Positions 17,121 to 26,867 of a stretch of 32,000 nucleotides of DNA are shown piece after piece. Made by a program: the position numbers and the translations under genes. The first letter of the stretch is position 1; the number at the start of each line of letters is the position of its first letter. Source of the stretch: Pasteurella multocida (GTDB lineage Bacteria; Pseudomonadota; Gammaproteobacteria; Enterobacterales; Pasteurellaceae); NCBI RefSeq assembly GCF_900187275.1, contig NZ_LT906458.1:870001-902000 (forward strand), given 5' to 3'. A model generated the notes under the pieces. It saw only the letters and a list, made by a program, of their open reading frames with translations, did no database searches and was not told the origin of the DNA.

Positions 17121-17660
17121 ATGCTTATTTCTAAATATTTATTATGGCTCTGTAATAAGCTAGATCAAATATTCATTAAAGTAGGTTATTACGTTTCTTA
17201 TATTTTTCTATTAGTTGTTATCATTGGTTTTTACGAGGTTGTTGCTCGGTATTTATTCTCTAGCCCAACACTTTGGGTTCATGAAGTAACAACATTTTTA
17301 ATAAGTCTATCATTACTTTATGGTGGAGTAGCTTGTTACGCCAGTAATAAACATATTGCCATGACATTTATTAGACAAAAATTACCTAATAAGATCAAAT
17401 GGTTACTAGAACTCTTAGTTGAAATACTTATTTTTATCTTCTTTATTTTGCTTAGTTACGGAGCATACTTATCAGCTAGAGAAGCATTATTTACTCCATC
17501 AGGAAAATTCAAAATGCAAACTTCTGGAAGTGTATTAGACATGCCATTTCCAGCAATTGAAAAAAGTTTCTTCTTTATTTCATGCCTCATCATTGTTGTT
17601 CTTTCAGTACTACATATATTCCGTCACATCTATACAAAATATCAGGAGGAATTATCATGA
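17121..17660 (+). CDS. dctQ: TRAP transporter small permease (DctQ family)
   Basis: 179 aa with 4 hydrophobic segments, positioned between the DctP and DctM genes. Confidence 0.85.
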   Translation: MLISKYLLWLCNKLDQIFIKVGYYVSYIFLLVVIIGFYEVVARYLFSSPTLWVHEVTTFLISLSLLYGGVACYASNKHIAMTFIRQKLPNKIKWLLELLVEILIFIFFILLSYGAYLSAREALFTPSGKFKMQTSGSVLDMPFPAIEKSFFFISCLIIVVLSVLHIFRHIYTKYQEELS

Positions 17661-18982
17661 TAAGTGCATTTGGGATAGGTATTGGAACTCTTATTATCTT
17701 TTTAATGATGATTTCCCTTTTATTTATTGGAATGCCATTAGGTTTTCTCACTGGGTTAATCGCTTTAGTTATTTCATATCTTTGGTTTGATACTACCGCA
17801 ATAATGCAAATGATAGCTTCACGTGTCACTGATTTCACATCATCTTACACTTTTGTAGCTGTGCCTATGTTTGTTCTTATGGCAACATTACTTGATAAGA
17901 CTGGAATTGCTAGAGATCTCTACAACGCAATGCGAGTCATTGGCGGTCGATTACGAGGTGGAATTGCAATTCAATCGATGTTTGTTGCAGTTCTACTTGC
18001 TACGATGTCAGGTATTATCGGTGGAGAAACTGTTTTATTAGGCATGTTGGCATTACCACAAATGTTACGCTTAGGCTATAATAAAAACTTAGCTATAGGA
18101 ACTGTTGTAGCAGGAGGAGCATTGGGTACAATGGTTCCTCCAAGTATCGTGTTGATTATTTACGGAATGACCGCAAATGTTTCTATTGGAGAACTATTTC
18201 TTGCAGCAATTCCAGCCTCCTTACTACTTTCTACATTCTATATTTTATATATTCTAGTACTTTGCTACTTCAAACCTAGCTATGGCCCTGCAATGCCTAG
18301 CTCAGAAAATCATACATTAACGAAAGAAGATATTAAAAAAATTATTCATGATATTGCAATTCCAGTAGCTATCGCCACATGGATTTTAGGAAGTATTTAT
18401 GGCGGGATAGCATCAATCACTGAATCTGCCTGTGTTGGTGTAGTTGGGGTAATATTAGCAGCATTCTATCGAAAAGAATTAAATTTCAAAATAGTACAAG
18501 AATCACTAAAACATACAATCAATACTGTTGGTATGATAATCTGGGTCGGCATTGGCGCAACAATGATTATAGGTATTTATAATCTAATGGGTGGGGACCG
18601 ATTTATAGCTAACTTATTCGCTAGCTTAGATGCCTCTCCAATTTATACTATCATTATTATGATGGTTATTTTATTAATACTTGGTATGTTCTTAGATTGG
18701 ATTGGTGTTGCCATGTTAACAATGCCAATTTTTGTGCCTATTATTACCTCCTTGGGATTTGATCCAATTTGGTTTGGTGTACTATTCTGTGTAAATATGC
18801 AAGTATCCTTCCTCAGCCCACCTTTTGGACCAGCAGCTTTCTATTTAAAAAGTGTTGCTCCAGATGGAATAGAATTAACTGATATATTTAAATCTGTATG
18901 GCCCTTTATTACATTACAGGTCCTAGTTTTAATTTTGTTACTCATTTTTCCAGAAATCACTTCTTTATTTTTGAGAAAATAA
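17657..18982 (+). CDS. dctM: TRAP transporter large permease (DctM family)
   Basis: 441 aa from the ATG at 17657 (MISAFGIGIG...), which overlaps the dctQ stop as ATGA. The track ORF start at 17582 lies inside dctQ and is unlikely. Confidence 0.88.
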   Translation: MISAFGIGIGTLIIFLMMISLLFIGMPLGFLTGLIALVISYLWFDTTAIMQMIASRVTDFTSSYTFVAVPMFVLMATLLDKTGIARDLYNAMRVIGGRLRGGIAIQSMFVAVLLATMSGIIGGETVLLGMLALPQMLRLGYNKNLAIGTVVAGGALGTMVPPSIVLIIYGMTANVSIGELFLAAIPASLLLSTFYILYILVLCYFKPSYGPAMPSSENHTLTKEDIKKIIHDIAIPVAIATWILGSIYGGIASITESACVGVVGVILAAFYRKELNFKIVQESLKHTINTVGMIIWVGIGATMIIGIYNLMGGDRFIANLFASLDASPIYTIIIMMVILLILGMFLDWIGVAMLTMPIFVPIITSLGFDPIWFGVLFCVNMQVSFLSPPFGPAAFYLKSVAPDGIELTDIFKSVWPFITLQVLVLILLLIFPEITSLFLRK

Positions 18983-19004
18983 ATTCAACTTATAAAACAA
19001 AAAG

Positions 19005-19013
19005 ACCGCACTT
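19005..19013 (-). repeat. Uptake signal sequence core (left arm of the terminator)
   Basis: ACCGCACTT. Confidence 0.85.
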
Positions 19014-19029
19014 TCTCGCCTATGCTATC

Positions 19030-19038
19030 AAGTGCGGT
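19030..19038 (+). repeat. Uptake signal sequence core (right arm of the terminator)
   Basis: AAGTGCGGT. Confidence 0.85.
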
Positions 19039-19074
19039 CTGTTTTTTTCATTTTTCTACTGGCACACAGTGCAC

Positions 19075-20271
19075 TCACATCGCGTTTAAGCGCGCAAACC
19101 CGGCTTCTAGATCAGCGATTAAGTCAACCGGATCTTCTAAGCCAATATGAACACGAATCAATGTCCCGTTCAGCTGACGTGTGATATTCGGACGCATCGC
19201 CATGATCTCTTCCGGTTGATAATGTAAAATCAACGATTCAAATCCTCCCCAAGAATATGCCATGCTAAATAACGTAAAATGATCCATAAACCTCGCTAAT
19301 TGTTGCGGGTTTAGTCTTTGATTCAACTCAAATGAGAACAAGCCTGTTGCCCCACTAAAATCACGCTTAAAAAATTGATGTCCGGGACAGCTTTCTAATG
19401 CGGGATGATAAACGGCTTTTACTTCAGGTTGTGCCGCTAACCAGTGTGCCACCTTCAACGCATTTTCTTCATGTTGTTTCAAGCGAATCCCCAATGTTCG
19501 AATACCTCGCGCAGTCATATAAGCACTTTCCGCATCTACCATTTGTCCCATTAAATAAGAATGCTCTCGTAATTGTGCCCAACAACGTTTATTCGCTACC
19601 GCAGTACCAATCATCACATCGGAATGTCCCACTAAATATTTGGTTCCAGCTTGAATCGAGATATCAATACCTTGTTCAAGTGCCTTAAAGAACACACCCG
19701 CTGACCATGTATTATCGATCATGATCACGATATCAGGATTAACACGACGTGCGGCTTTAACAATCGCCGGTATATCTGAAACCTCCATCGTCAGTGAACT
19801 TGGTGCCTCCAAAAAAAGTACTTTAGTATTTTCTTGTACAAGCTCAGTAATGCCTTCACCTATCATGGGATCGTAATAAGTCGTGTCTATTTGCATTTTC
19901 TTCAAAACACAATTACAAAACGCTTGCGTCGGCTCATAAGCCGCACCCGTCATTAAAATATGATCACCGCTTTGGACAAAAGATAAAATACTTTGTGTGA
20001 CCGCTGCGGCACCACAAGGATACAAATAACAACCTTCTCCGCCTTCTAATTCCGCCATCGCTTCTTGCAAGGCAAAATGGGTTAAAGTTCCTCGACGCCC
20101 GTAAAATAATTCTCCCTGTGCACGCCCAATGGTCGCTTGTTTTTTATGGGCTAAACTGTCAAAAACCAATGATGAAGCGCGTTGAATCACAGGATTCACG
20201 CCCCCCTGTAAAAAGGGTTTTCTACGTCCTGTATGAACAAATTGTGTTAATAATGTTTGTTTTTCTGACAT
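19075..20271 (-). CDS. metC: Cystathionine beta-lyase (PLP-dependent)
   Basis: 398 aa, Cys/Met-metabolism PLP family. [15 protein letters not shown] contains the PLP lysine. Confidence 0.9.
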   Translation of the reverse strand: MSEKQTLLTQFVHTGRRKPFLQGGVNPVIQRASSLVFDSLAHKKQATIGRAQGELFYGRRGTLTHFALQEAMAELEGGEGCYLYPCGAAAVTQSILSFVQSGDHILMTGAAYEPTQAFCNCVLKKMQIDTTYYDPMIGEGITELVQENTKVLFLEAPSSLTMEVSDIPAIVKAARRVNPDIVIMIDNTWSAGVFFKALEQGIDISIQAGTKYLVGHSDVMIGTAVANKRCWAQLREHSYLMGQMVDAESAYMTARGIRTLGIRLKQHEENALKVAHWLAAQPEVKAVYHPALESCPGHQFFKRDFSGATGLFSFELNQRLNPQQLARFMDHFTLFSMAYSWGGFESLILHYQPEEIMAMRPNITRQLNGTLIRVHIGLEDPVDLIADLEAGFARLNAM

Positions 20272-20453
20272 TGTGTTGCATCCTTGATCTGAAGTAAGAA
20301 ATAAAGATAAGTTAATAAAAAGTTAAAAATAAATAAGGAGATAGGCAAAAACTCCTGTCAAAATGCCTCAACATTCTTTAGAATAGAAAGACAATTTTGC
20401 TTATTCTCCCAAAGCAAAATTTTTCGTTTAATTTTTAACAGGAGATTAATACT

Positions 20454-21056
20454 ATGGTATTAGTAACTCGTCAAGCCCCTGATTTTACAGCGGCTGCCGT
20501 TTTAGGTAATGGTGAAATCGTTGATAATTTCAATTTTAAACAACATATCGCAGGTAAAGCGGCTGTTGTTTTCTTCTATCCACTCGACTTTACTTTCGTA
20601 TGCCCATCTGAACTTATCGCGTTTGATCATCGCTATGAAGAGTTCCAAAAACGTGGTGTTGAAGTAGTGGGTATTTCCATTGACTCAGAATTCAGCCACA
20701 ACGCTTGGCGTAAAACCCCAGTCGAAAATGGCGGTATCGGTGAAGTGAAATATGCTTTAGTTGCCGATATCAAACATGAAATCGCACAAGCCTTTGGTAT
20801 TGAACATCCAGAAGCTGGCGTGGCGTTACGTGCCTCTTTCTTAATTGATAAAGATGGCGTAGTACGTCACCAAGTTGTGAATGATTTACCATTAGGTCGT
20901 AATATTGATGAAATGTTACGTATGGTTGACGCGCTACAGTTCCATGAAGAACATGGTGATGTCTGCCCTGCTCAATGGGAAAAAGGAAAAGAAGGCATGA
21001 CCGGTAGCCCTGAAGGTGTGGCAAAATACTTAAAACAGCATGCTGATCAACTGTAA
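20454..21056 (+). CDS. tsaA: Typical 2-Cys peroxiredoxin (AhpC/TSA family)
   Basis: 200 aa. Peroxidatic FTFVCPSE and resolving GDVCPAQW. AGGAG Shine-Dalgarno. No ahpF adjacent. Confidence 0.9.
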   Translation: MVLVTRQAPDFTAAAVLGNGEIVDNFNFKQHIAGKAAVVFFYPLDFTFVCPSELIAFDHRYEEFQKRGVEVVGISIDSEFSHNAWRKTPVENGGIGEVKYALVADIKHEIAQAFGIEHPEAGVALRASFLIDKDGVVRHQVVNDLPLGRNIDEMLRMVDALQFHEEHGDVCPAQWEKGKEGMTGSPEGVAKYLKQHADQL

Positions 21057-21080
21057 TTTTTTCAGTTAAGTATTTCTAAA

Positions 21081-21107
21081 AGGATTAGCCTCTTGCTAAT
21101 CCTTTTT
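21081..21107 (+). terminator. Rho-independent terminator of the peroxiredoxin gene
   Basis: AGGATTAGCctcttGCTAATCCTtttt. Confidence 0.8.
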
Positions 21108-21134
21108 CATCTATATCAATGTGATATTGGCAAA

Positions 21135-21169
21135 ATAAAAAAGATCAACGCATAACAATACATTGATCT
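21135..21169 (-). terminator. Rho-independent terminator downstream of yciH
   Basis: Minus strand AGATCAAtgtattgttatgcgTTGATCTttttt. Confidence 0.65.
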
Positions 21170-21191
21170 TCTGTGAGGCATGAAAAGGTTA

Positions 21192-21509
21192 TTAACCACC
21201 GGCTAATTTAACACGATAGCCTTTCTGTTCTAGTAAATCTTTTAAAAGATCGCGTTTTTCACCTTGAATTTCAATCGTGCCATCTTTTACTGCCCCCCCA
21301 CAACCACAACGTTTTTTCAGTTCAGTCGCGAGTTTTTTCAATTCATCATCGGATAAATCCAAACCAGTAATGACACAAACACCATTCCCTTTACGACCAC
21401 TCACCTGACGCTGGATACGCACAATCCCATCACCTTTAGGACGTGTTGGTTGAGGTTTTTCTGTTTTAATTCGACCGGTTTCTGTCGAATAGACTAATGT
21501 ATCTGTCAT
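21192..21509 (-). CDS. yciH: SUI1-family translation initiation factor-like protein
   Basis: 105 aa. GRKGNGVCVITGL...LKKRCGCGGAVKDGTIEIQG. Confidence 0.9.
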   Translation of the reverse strand: MTDTLVYSTETGRIKTEKPQPTRPKGDGIVRIQRQVSGRKGNGVCVITGLDLSDDELKKLATELKKRCGCGGAVKDGTIEIQGEKRDLLKDLLEQKGYRVKLAGG

Positions 21510-21511
21510 TG

Positions 21512-22213
21512 TTATCTATTCACGGGTAAAGAAGCATTAATTGATTTGAGCACTTCTGCTGGGTTATCTGCTTGTGTAATTGGACGACCAATCACTAAAT
21601 AGTCAGAACCTGCTTGAATTGCCCCCGCTGGTGTCATTACGCGACGTTGATCACCAAAATCACTGCCAATTGGGCGAATTCCCGGCGTAATCAGTTTAAA
21701 ATCTTTACCACAGTTAGCGCGTAAAATTTCCACTTCTTGCGGAGAACAAACCACGCCATCTAATCCGGCACGCTGTGTTAGATTGGCTAAACGGATTACT
21801 TGTTCCATCGGAGAAGCATTAATGCCAATTTGCAATAAATCTAGATCTTCCATACTGGTTAATACCGTCACACTAATTAAAAGAGGCGCGTCTTTACCAT
21901 AAGGTTCAAGAATTTTCTTTGCCTCCTCCATCATACGCAAACCACCGCTGGCATGTAAATCAACCATCCACACCCCCAAATCTGCCGCGGAACGCACCGC
22001 TCTTGCTACAGTATTTGGAATATCATGAAATTTTAAATCTAAAAACACATCAAAGTTGCGATCATGTAATGCTTTGACAAATTTCGTCCCTAATGTAGTA
22101 AACATTTCTTTACCGACTTTCAAACGACATAAGCTCGGATCAATTTGATCAACTAAACGCAATGCTTCTTCTTCTTTTTCATAATCTAGTGCAACAATGA
22201 TTTTACTCGTCAT
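21512..22213 (-). CDS. pyrF: Orotidine 5'-phosphate decarboxylase
   Basis: 233 aa. [18 protein letters not shown], and LVIGRPIT. Confidence 0.94.
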   Translation of the reverse strand: MTSKIIVALDYEKEEEALRLVDQIDPSLCRLKVGKEMFTTLGTKFVKALHDRNFDVFLDLKFHDIPNTVARAVRSAADLGVWMVDLHASGGLRMMEEAKKILEPYGKDAPLLISVTVLTSMEDLDLLQIGINASPMEQVIRLANLTQRAGLDGVVCSPQEVEILRANCGKDFKLITPGIRPIGSDFGDQRRVMTPAGAIQAGSDYLVIGRPITQADNPAEVLKSINASLPVNR

Positions 22214-22249
22214 AATTTTCCCTCTCTGTGTTCAATTAATTATGTTTGC

Positions 22250-23437
22250 TTAATCTTCTATCGGTTTGATTGTTTCCCAATGTCGGCAAGATGGACAACA
22301 CCAGGTTAGTTTGTGTGTTTGATAACCACAATTTGTGCAACGGTAGTCAAAATTCTGCTTAATGCGTTCCCCCACCATTTTATGCAACAACACAAGACTT
22401 TCTTTTCCTCTCCCTTCTTCAGCATCATTAATTTGATATTGAATAAAGCGGTGAAATAAAAAGGTTGTCGGATGTTGGTTTAATTGCTGATACAACTTCG
22501 CTTGTGCGGCTGTTTTACCGTCGATTTCTTCAATTAAATCAGAAAGTGCTAATTCTACAGCACTATTTTTGGTGACACGGCTGGCTTTAATCAAAAATAA
22601 TTCAAAGCTCTCTAATTGGTTGAGCTTGTGATAACAGGCTTTCAGTAAATCTAAGACTTCTCCCACATAATCAGCGTTTTGTTCAAGGACATTTTCTAAC
22701 GTCATTACAGCCTGCTGGTAACGTTTTTCTTGGATTAAAAGTTGACCAAGTAAAATTGAGGCTCTCACACAATTTGGTGCCACTTTTAATGCTGACACTA
22801 ATAATCCTTTCTGACGCTCTTGTTGTGTCTTCTCTTCTAACGATAAACTTTGAGCCAATTCACAGTAATATTGTGCAAGCTCAATATTATTTTCTTGTGG
22901 TGAAATTTTCGCTAATTTTTCTGCAACATTAATCGCTTTTTCCCATTCTTTCGTTTTTTGATACAACACTGCCAGTTGTTGTAATGCATTTTCAGCAAAC
23001 TCTGGCTCATCAACTAACAAAATATAAAGCATTTCAGCACGGTCATAAAATCCTACTGCCATGAAATCTTTTGCTAATTGTTGCTTAGCTAGCAGTTTTT
23101 GTTCAAAGGTATAATCAGGGCTACGATCTAACGCTTGATGAATACGTAAAGCGCGATCAACTTCACCTCGAGAGCGATAAAGATTGCCTAGTGTCAGTTC
23201 AGCTTCAAACTGTGAAGTGCTATCGATTTCATTTTCTGTTTCTTGCTTTTGCAGAATATCGAGAAACAAATCAACTGCTTTTTCTGGTTGATTTGATAAA
23301 AGGAAATTCACGCCAGTGACATAATCACGGGAGAGTTTGTTTGTCATGTCTTCCTGATCTTTTTTCGCACTACGGTGCCCCATATACCAACCATAAGCTG
23401 CAGCAATAGGTAAAAGCAGGAAGAGTAACTCGAGCAT
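22250..23437 (-). CDS. lapB: LPS assembly protein B (TPR protein with a C-terminal rubredoxin-like zinc finger)
   Basis: 395 aa. N-terminal TM segment, TPR repeats, and C-terminal CTNCGY...CCPSCRHW. Confidence 0.9.
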   Translation of the reverse strand: MLELLFLLLPIAAAYGWYMGHRSAKKDQEDMTNKLSRDYVTGVNFLLSNQPEKAVDLFLDILQKQETENEIDSTSQFEAELTLGNLYRSRGEVDRALRIHQALDRSPDYTFEQKLLAKQQLAKDFMAVGFYDRAEMLYILLVDEPEFAENALQQLAVLYQKTKEWEKAINVAEKLAKISPQENNIELAQYYCELAQSLSLEEKTQQERQKGLLVSALKVAPNCVRASILLGQLLIQEKRYQQAVMTLENVLEQNADYVGEVLDLLKACYHKLNQLESFELFLIKASRVTKNSAVELALSDLIEEIDGKTAAQAKLYQQLNQHPTTFLFHRFIQYQINDAEEGRGKESLVLLHKMVGERIKQNFDYRCTNCGYQTHKLTWCCPSCRHWETIKPIED

Positions 23438-23733
23438 TATTTAGCGACCTTATCTCGAGTCGTTGTTAATTCATTAATTTGTAACGTTTGGCGTTTAAGC
23501 TGACGTGTTAAGGACATGTTTTTCAGCTTTAATTTGATATAAAAGATAGCGCTAATTAACCAACCTAAAATCAAACCTAAACCGAATAAAATCGCCACTA
23601 AAGTCGAGAGACGAAATTCGCTTTGTGCGACCATATAATTAAAGCTGATTATCTGATCATTATTCGCACCAATCGTGATCGCCACTAAGACTATGGCGAG
23701 TACCAGTACTAAACCTAAAATATATTTGATCAT
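23437..23733 (-). CDS. lapA: LPS assembly protein A (small two-TM membrane protein)
   Basis: 98 aa with two TM segments. Its stop overlaps the lapB start, and it holds the conserved position between ihfB and lapB. Confidence 0.8.
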   Translation of the reverse strand: MIKYILGLVLVLAIVLVAITIGANNDQIISFNYMVAQSEFRLSTLVAILFGLGLILGWLISAIFYIKLKLKNMSLTRQLKRQTLQINELTTTRDKVAK

Positions 23734-23784
23734 CTACTCACTCCTTAACAAAAAAATATGTTCCATTATGCCAAAAATAAATAC

Positions 23785-23809
23785 AAAAAACGACACTTAA
23801 ACGTGTCGT
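23785..23809 (-). terminator. Rho-independent terminator of ihfB
   Basis: Minus strand ACGACACgtttaaGTGTCGTttttt. Confidence 0.8.
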
Positions 23810-23828
23810 TATATAAAGTTAGTTGAAA

Positions 23829-24113
23829 TTATGCGTAAATATCAACACGCTCTCTCAGCTCTTTGCCTGCTTTAAAGTGCGGGACAGATTTTGTGTCTAA
23901 TTTCACTTGTTCACCTGTTTTAGGATTACGCCCTAAACGAGGTTGGCGATAATGCAATGAGAAACTACCAAATCCTCTTACTTCAATACGCTTACCACTT
24001 TCTAATGCGAATGACATTTGATCCAAAATCTCTTTTACTGCATTTTCAACATCTTTTGCCGCAACTGCATGACATTTTTGGACTAAACGCTCAATAAGCT
24101 CTGATTTAGTCAT
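23829..24113 (-). CDS. ihfB: Integration host factor subunit beta
   Basis: 94 aa. [10 protein letters not shown]...[23 protein letters not shown]. Confidence 0.95.
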   Translation of the reverse strand: MTKSELIERLVQKCHAVAAKDVENAVKEILDQMSFALESGKRIEVRGFGSFSLHYRQPRLGRNPKTGEQVKLDTKSVPHFKAGKELRERVDIYA

Positions 24114-24135
24114 AATTTTCTCCTAACTTGATAGT

Positions 24136-24163
24136 GAGCTAACATGTTCTCACATGTTAGCTC
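24136..24163 (-). other. 12-bp perfect stem-loop between rpsA and ihfB with no U-tract
   Basis: GAGCTAACATGTtctcACATGTTAGCTC. Confidence 0.6.
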
Positions 24164-24184
24164 TATGCGATAAGGGGAAGTTAA

Positions 24185-25834
24185 TTATTCGCCTTTAGCT
24201 GCTTTGAATGCTTCTGCCATTGCGTTTGGAATAGCAACATCTTCTTGTTTGTTATTCACATTTGCAACTGCAGCTGCTTCTTCTGCTTGGTCTTTCGCGC
24301 GTACAGATAAGTGAACGATACGTGCTTTACGATCAACGCCTGTGTATTTTGCTTCAACAACATCACCTGCGTTCACTTCGTTTGTTAAATCCGCTGCACA
24401 GATATAACCTTCAACACCGCCATCTAATTCAACTTTTGCACCTTTCGCATCCGCTTCAACAACTTTAGCGCTTAATACTGCACCTTTTTTGTTAACTGCA
24501 ACGAAATTATTGAATGGATCTTCTTCAAGTTGTTTAATACCTAAAGAGATACGCTCTTTCACTGCATCAACTTGTAACACGACTGCAGCAACTTCGTCAC
24601 CTTTTTTGTATTGACGAACTGCTTCTTCACCAGACACATTCCAAGAAATGTCAGATAAGTGAACTAAACCGTCGATACCGCCATCAAGACCGATGAAGAT
24701 ACCAAAGTCAGTGATTGACTTAATTTTACCTTCAACTTTGTCGCCTTTGTTGTGTGTTTCAGCGAATTGTAACCATGGGTTCGGTTTGCATTGTTTTAAA
24801 CCTAAAGAAATACGACGACGTTCTTCATCGATTTCTAATACCATCACTTCAACAACATCACCTAAGCTAACCACTTTAGAAGGGTGGATGTTTTTGTTTG
24901 TCCAATCCATTTCAGAAACGTGAACTAAACCTTCAACGCCATCTAAAATTTCAACGAAACAACCATAATCAGTTAAGTTAGTCACTTTACCGCTTAATTT
25001 GCTGTTTACTGGGTGATTTTCTGCGATAGCAACCCAAGGATCTTGACCTAATTGTTTTAAGCCTAAAGATACACGAGTACGATCTTTGTCGAATTTCAAT
25101 ACTTTAACAGTAATTTCATCGCCAACATTCACGATTTCGCTTGGGTGTTTAACACGTTTCCATGCCATATCCGTGATGTGTAGTAAACCGTCAACGCCAC
25201 CTAAATCAACGAATGCACCGTAGTCAGTTAAGTTCTTAACGATACCTTTAACTTCAGAGCCTTCTTGTAAGTTTTCAAGAATTTGTTCACGTTCTTGGCT
25301 ATTTTCTGATTCGATAACAGCACGACGAGAAACAACTACGTTGTTACGTTTTTGATCAAGTTTGATTACTTTGAACTCTAATTCTTTACCTTCTAAGTGT
25401 AAAGTTTCGCGAACTGGGCGAGTATCAACTAATGAACCTGGTAAGAATGCACGAACACCGTTTAACTCAACTGTGAAACCACCTTTCACTTTACCGTTGA
25501 TTAAACCGATAACAGTTGCCTGTTCTTCGTATGCTTTTTCTAATTCAATCCAAGATTCGTGACGTACTGCTTTTTCACGAGAAAGTTTTGTTTCACCAAA
25601 ACCATCTTCCACAGCGTCTAACGCAACATTAACAACATCACCAACTTGAACGTCTAATTCACCTTGTGCGTTTAAGAATTCTTCAACAGGGATTGCTGAT
25701 TCAGATTTTAAACCAGCGTCAACAAGCACAAAGCCTTTTTGAATAGCAACAACAGTACCGCTAACGATAGAACCTTGACGGGTTTCAAGTTCTTTTAATG
25801 ATTCTTCAAATAGTTGAGCAAAAGATTCAGTCAT
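24185..25834 (-). CDS. rpsA: 30S ribosomal protein S1
   Basis: 549 aa with six S1 domains. [15 protein letters not shown]... Confidence 0.97.
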   Translation of the reverse strand: MTESFAQLFEESLKELETRQGSIVSGTVVAIQKGFVLVDAGLKSESAIPVEEFLNAQGELDVQVGDVVNVALDAVEDGFGETKLSREKAVRHESWIELEKAYEEQATVIGLINGKVKGGFTVELNGVRAFLPGSLVDTRPVRETLHLEGKELEFKVIKLDQKRNNVVVSRRAVIESENSQEREQILENLQEGSEVKGIVKNLTDYGAFVDLGGVDGLLHITDMAWKRVKHPSEIVNVGDEITVKVLKFDKDRTRVSLGLKQLGQDPWVAIAENHPVNSKLSGKVTNLTDYGCFVEILDGVEGLVHVSEMDWTNKNIHPSKVVSLGDVVEVMVLEIDEERRRISLGLKQCKPNPWLQFAETHNKGDKVEGKIKSITDFGIFIGLDGGIDGLVHLSDISWNVSGEEAVRQYKKGDEVAAVVLQVDAVKERISLGIKQLEEDPFNNFVAVNKKGAVLSAKVVEADAKGAKVELDGGVEGYICAADLTNEVNAGDVVEAKYTGVDRKARIVHLSVRAKDQAEEAAAVANVNNKQEDVAIPNAMAEAFKAAKGE

Positions 25835-25939
25835 AATTAATCTTCAATTTTAAATTTAATAACGTCCACTTCAAAATCCATTGAATGTGGGGCTGAGAAC
25901 AAATGTTTATTCCATCCTTGAATAAACGGTTAAGATGAT

Positions 25940-26623
25940 TTAAGCCTTAATATCAAGGTGTTGCTGAATATAACTTAACGCCTGCGCAATGACCTCTTCA
26001 ATACTTAATGACGTACTGTCTAATATTAAAGCATCTTCAGCAGGTTTAAGTGGCGCAACAGCTCGATTTCTATCGCGAAAATCACGCGCTTTTATCTCGG
26101 CTAAAATCTGGTCAAAGTTACCACTAATCCCTTTATTTTGCAACTGTTTATAGCGTCTTTTTGCTCTTTCTTCCGCACTTGCGTCTAAAAAGAGTTTTAC
26201 TTGTGCGTTGGGGAAAACCACCGTTCCCATATCACGTCCATCCGCAATCAAGCCATTTTCCGTTGAAAAATCTTGTTGACGCTGCAAAAGCGCTTTCCTT
26301 ACTTCAGGAAAAACTGCCACTTTTGATGCTGCCTCCGCCACTTCTTGCGTTCTGATCTGACCACTGACATTTTCACCATTTAAGAGAATTTTCACCTCGC
26401 CATCTGCGGGTAAAAATTGCACATCTAGTGCGCTTGCAAGCGCTGCTAAGGCTATTTCATCGTCTAATTCGACCGCACTTTTTAATGCAGCAAGCGCAGT
26501 GACACGATAAATAGCCCCACTATCTAATAAAGTAAAACCTAATTTTTCAGCGAGCGCATAACAGAGTGTTCCTTTGCCAGCACCGCTTGGTCCATCCACC
26601 GTAATCACAATTTTATTTGACAT
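25940..26623 (-). CDS. cmk: Cytidylate kinase
   Basis: 227 aa. [13 protein letters not shown] and [15 protein letters not shown]. Confidence 0.95.
   Translation of the reverse strand: MSNKIVITVDGPSGAGKGTLCYALAEKLGFTLLDSGAIYRVTALAALKSAVELDDEIALAALASALDVQFLPADGEVKILLNGENVSGQIRTQEVAEAASKVAVFPEVRKALLQRQQDFSTENGLIADGRDMGTVVFPNAQVKLFLDASAEERAKRRYKQLQNKGISGNFDQILAEIKARDFRDRNRAVAPLKPAEDALILDSTSLSIEEVIAQALSYIQQHLDIKA
26472..26480 (-). repeat. Uptake signal sequence core
   Basis: ACCGCACTT within cmk. Confidence 0.85.
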
Positions 26624-26795
26624 TTTTCATCTTCTCTTCCATCACTTAATCAATCGCTAAAGGATATCATAATCAATAAAATAGGCAGAAATTCTTTTCA
26701 TGATGTTATCAAACATAGCACACTTTTTATTCTCCCTCGCCTTTTATTCCCCCTCATTTTGTGGACTTTGTCACATTTTTAATCACTCTTTTCTC

Positions 26796-26824
26796 TTGCA
26801 ACTTGTTTATTTTATAAATAGAAT
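26796..26824 (+). promoter_or_regulatory. Candidate sigma70 promoter of the TonB-dependent receptor gene
   Basis: TTGCAA-17 nt-TAGAAT. Confidence 0.5.
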
Positions 26825-26839
26825 TAATAATAGTTATCA
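26825..26839. promoter_or_regulatory. Candidate Fur box abutting the -10 element
   Basis: TAATAATaGTTATCA matches the 7-1-7 Fur motif TGATAATnATTATCA at 12 of 14 positions. Confidence 0.5.
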
Positions 26840-26867
26840 TTGTTAAATTTAAATGGAGAAAATTGAC

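Larger units (their letters stand above)
19004..19048. terminator. Bidirectional terminator built from an inverted pair of uptake signal sequences
   Basis: aaaaaGACCGCACTT-16 nt-AAGTGCGGTCtgttttttt. Both arms contain the 9-mer USS core. Confidence 0.85.

Noticed and set aside
17557-17790. The 77-aa ORF, and the 17582 start proposed for the DctM ORF
   Set aside because: Both begin inside dctQ. The ATG at 17657 overlaps the dctQ stop (ATGA) and yields a typical DctM length of about 440 aa.
20341-20420. Possible OxyR site (ATAG...CT.. repeats) and an AT-rich hairpin (ATTTTGCTT-9 nt-AAGCAAAAT followed by TTTT) upstream of the peroxiredoxin gene
   Set aside because: Only about half of the OxyR tetranucleotide positions match. 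The hairpin is weak (all A-T except two pairs) and may simply be part of the 5' UTR.
917-25562. Short antisense or alternative-frame ORFs from the track: 917-1108, 2095-2292, 2634-2861, 3563-3796, 4659-4853, 7457-7777, 7858-8130, 8408-8704, 9304-9699, 9386-9568, 11252-11614, 11701-11889, 12933-13169, 14720-14905, 15250-15447, 17590-17838, 18898-19089, 19398-19688, 20770-21024, 24262-24468, 24693-24923, 25362-25562, 26161-26355, 28198-28395, 29684-29899, 31725-31928
   Set aside because: Each lies inside, opposite or overlapping a long ORF with a clear family assignment. They lack a Shine-Dalgarno, have odd composition, and are best explained as shadow ORFs.
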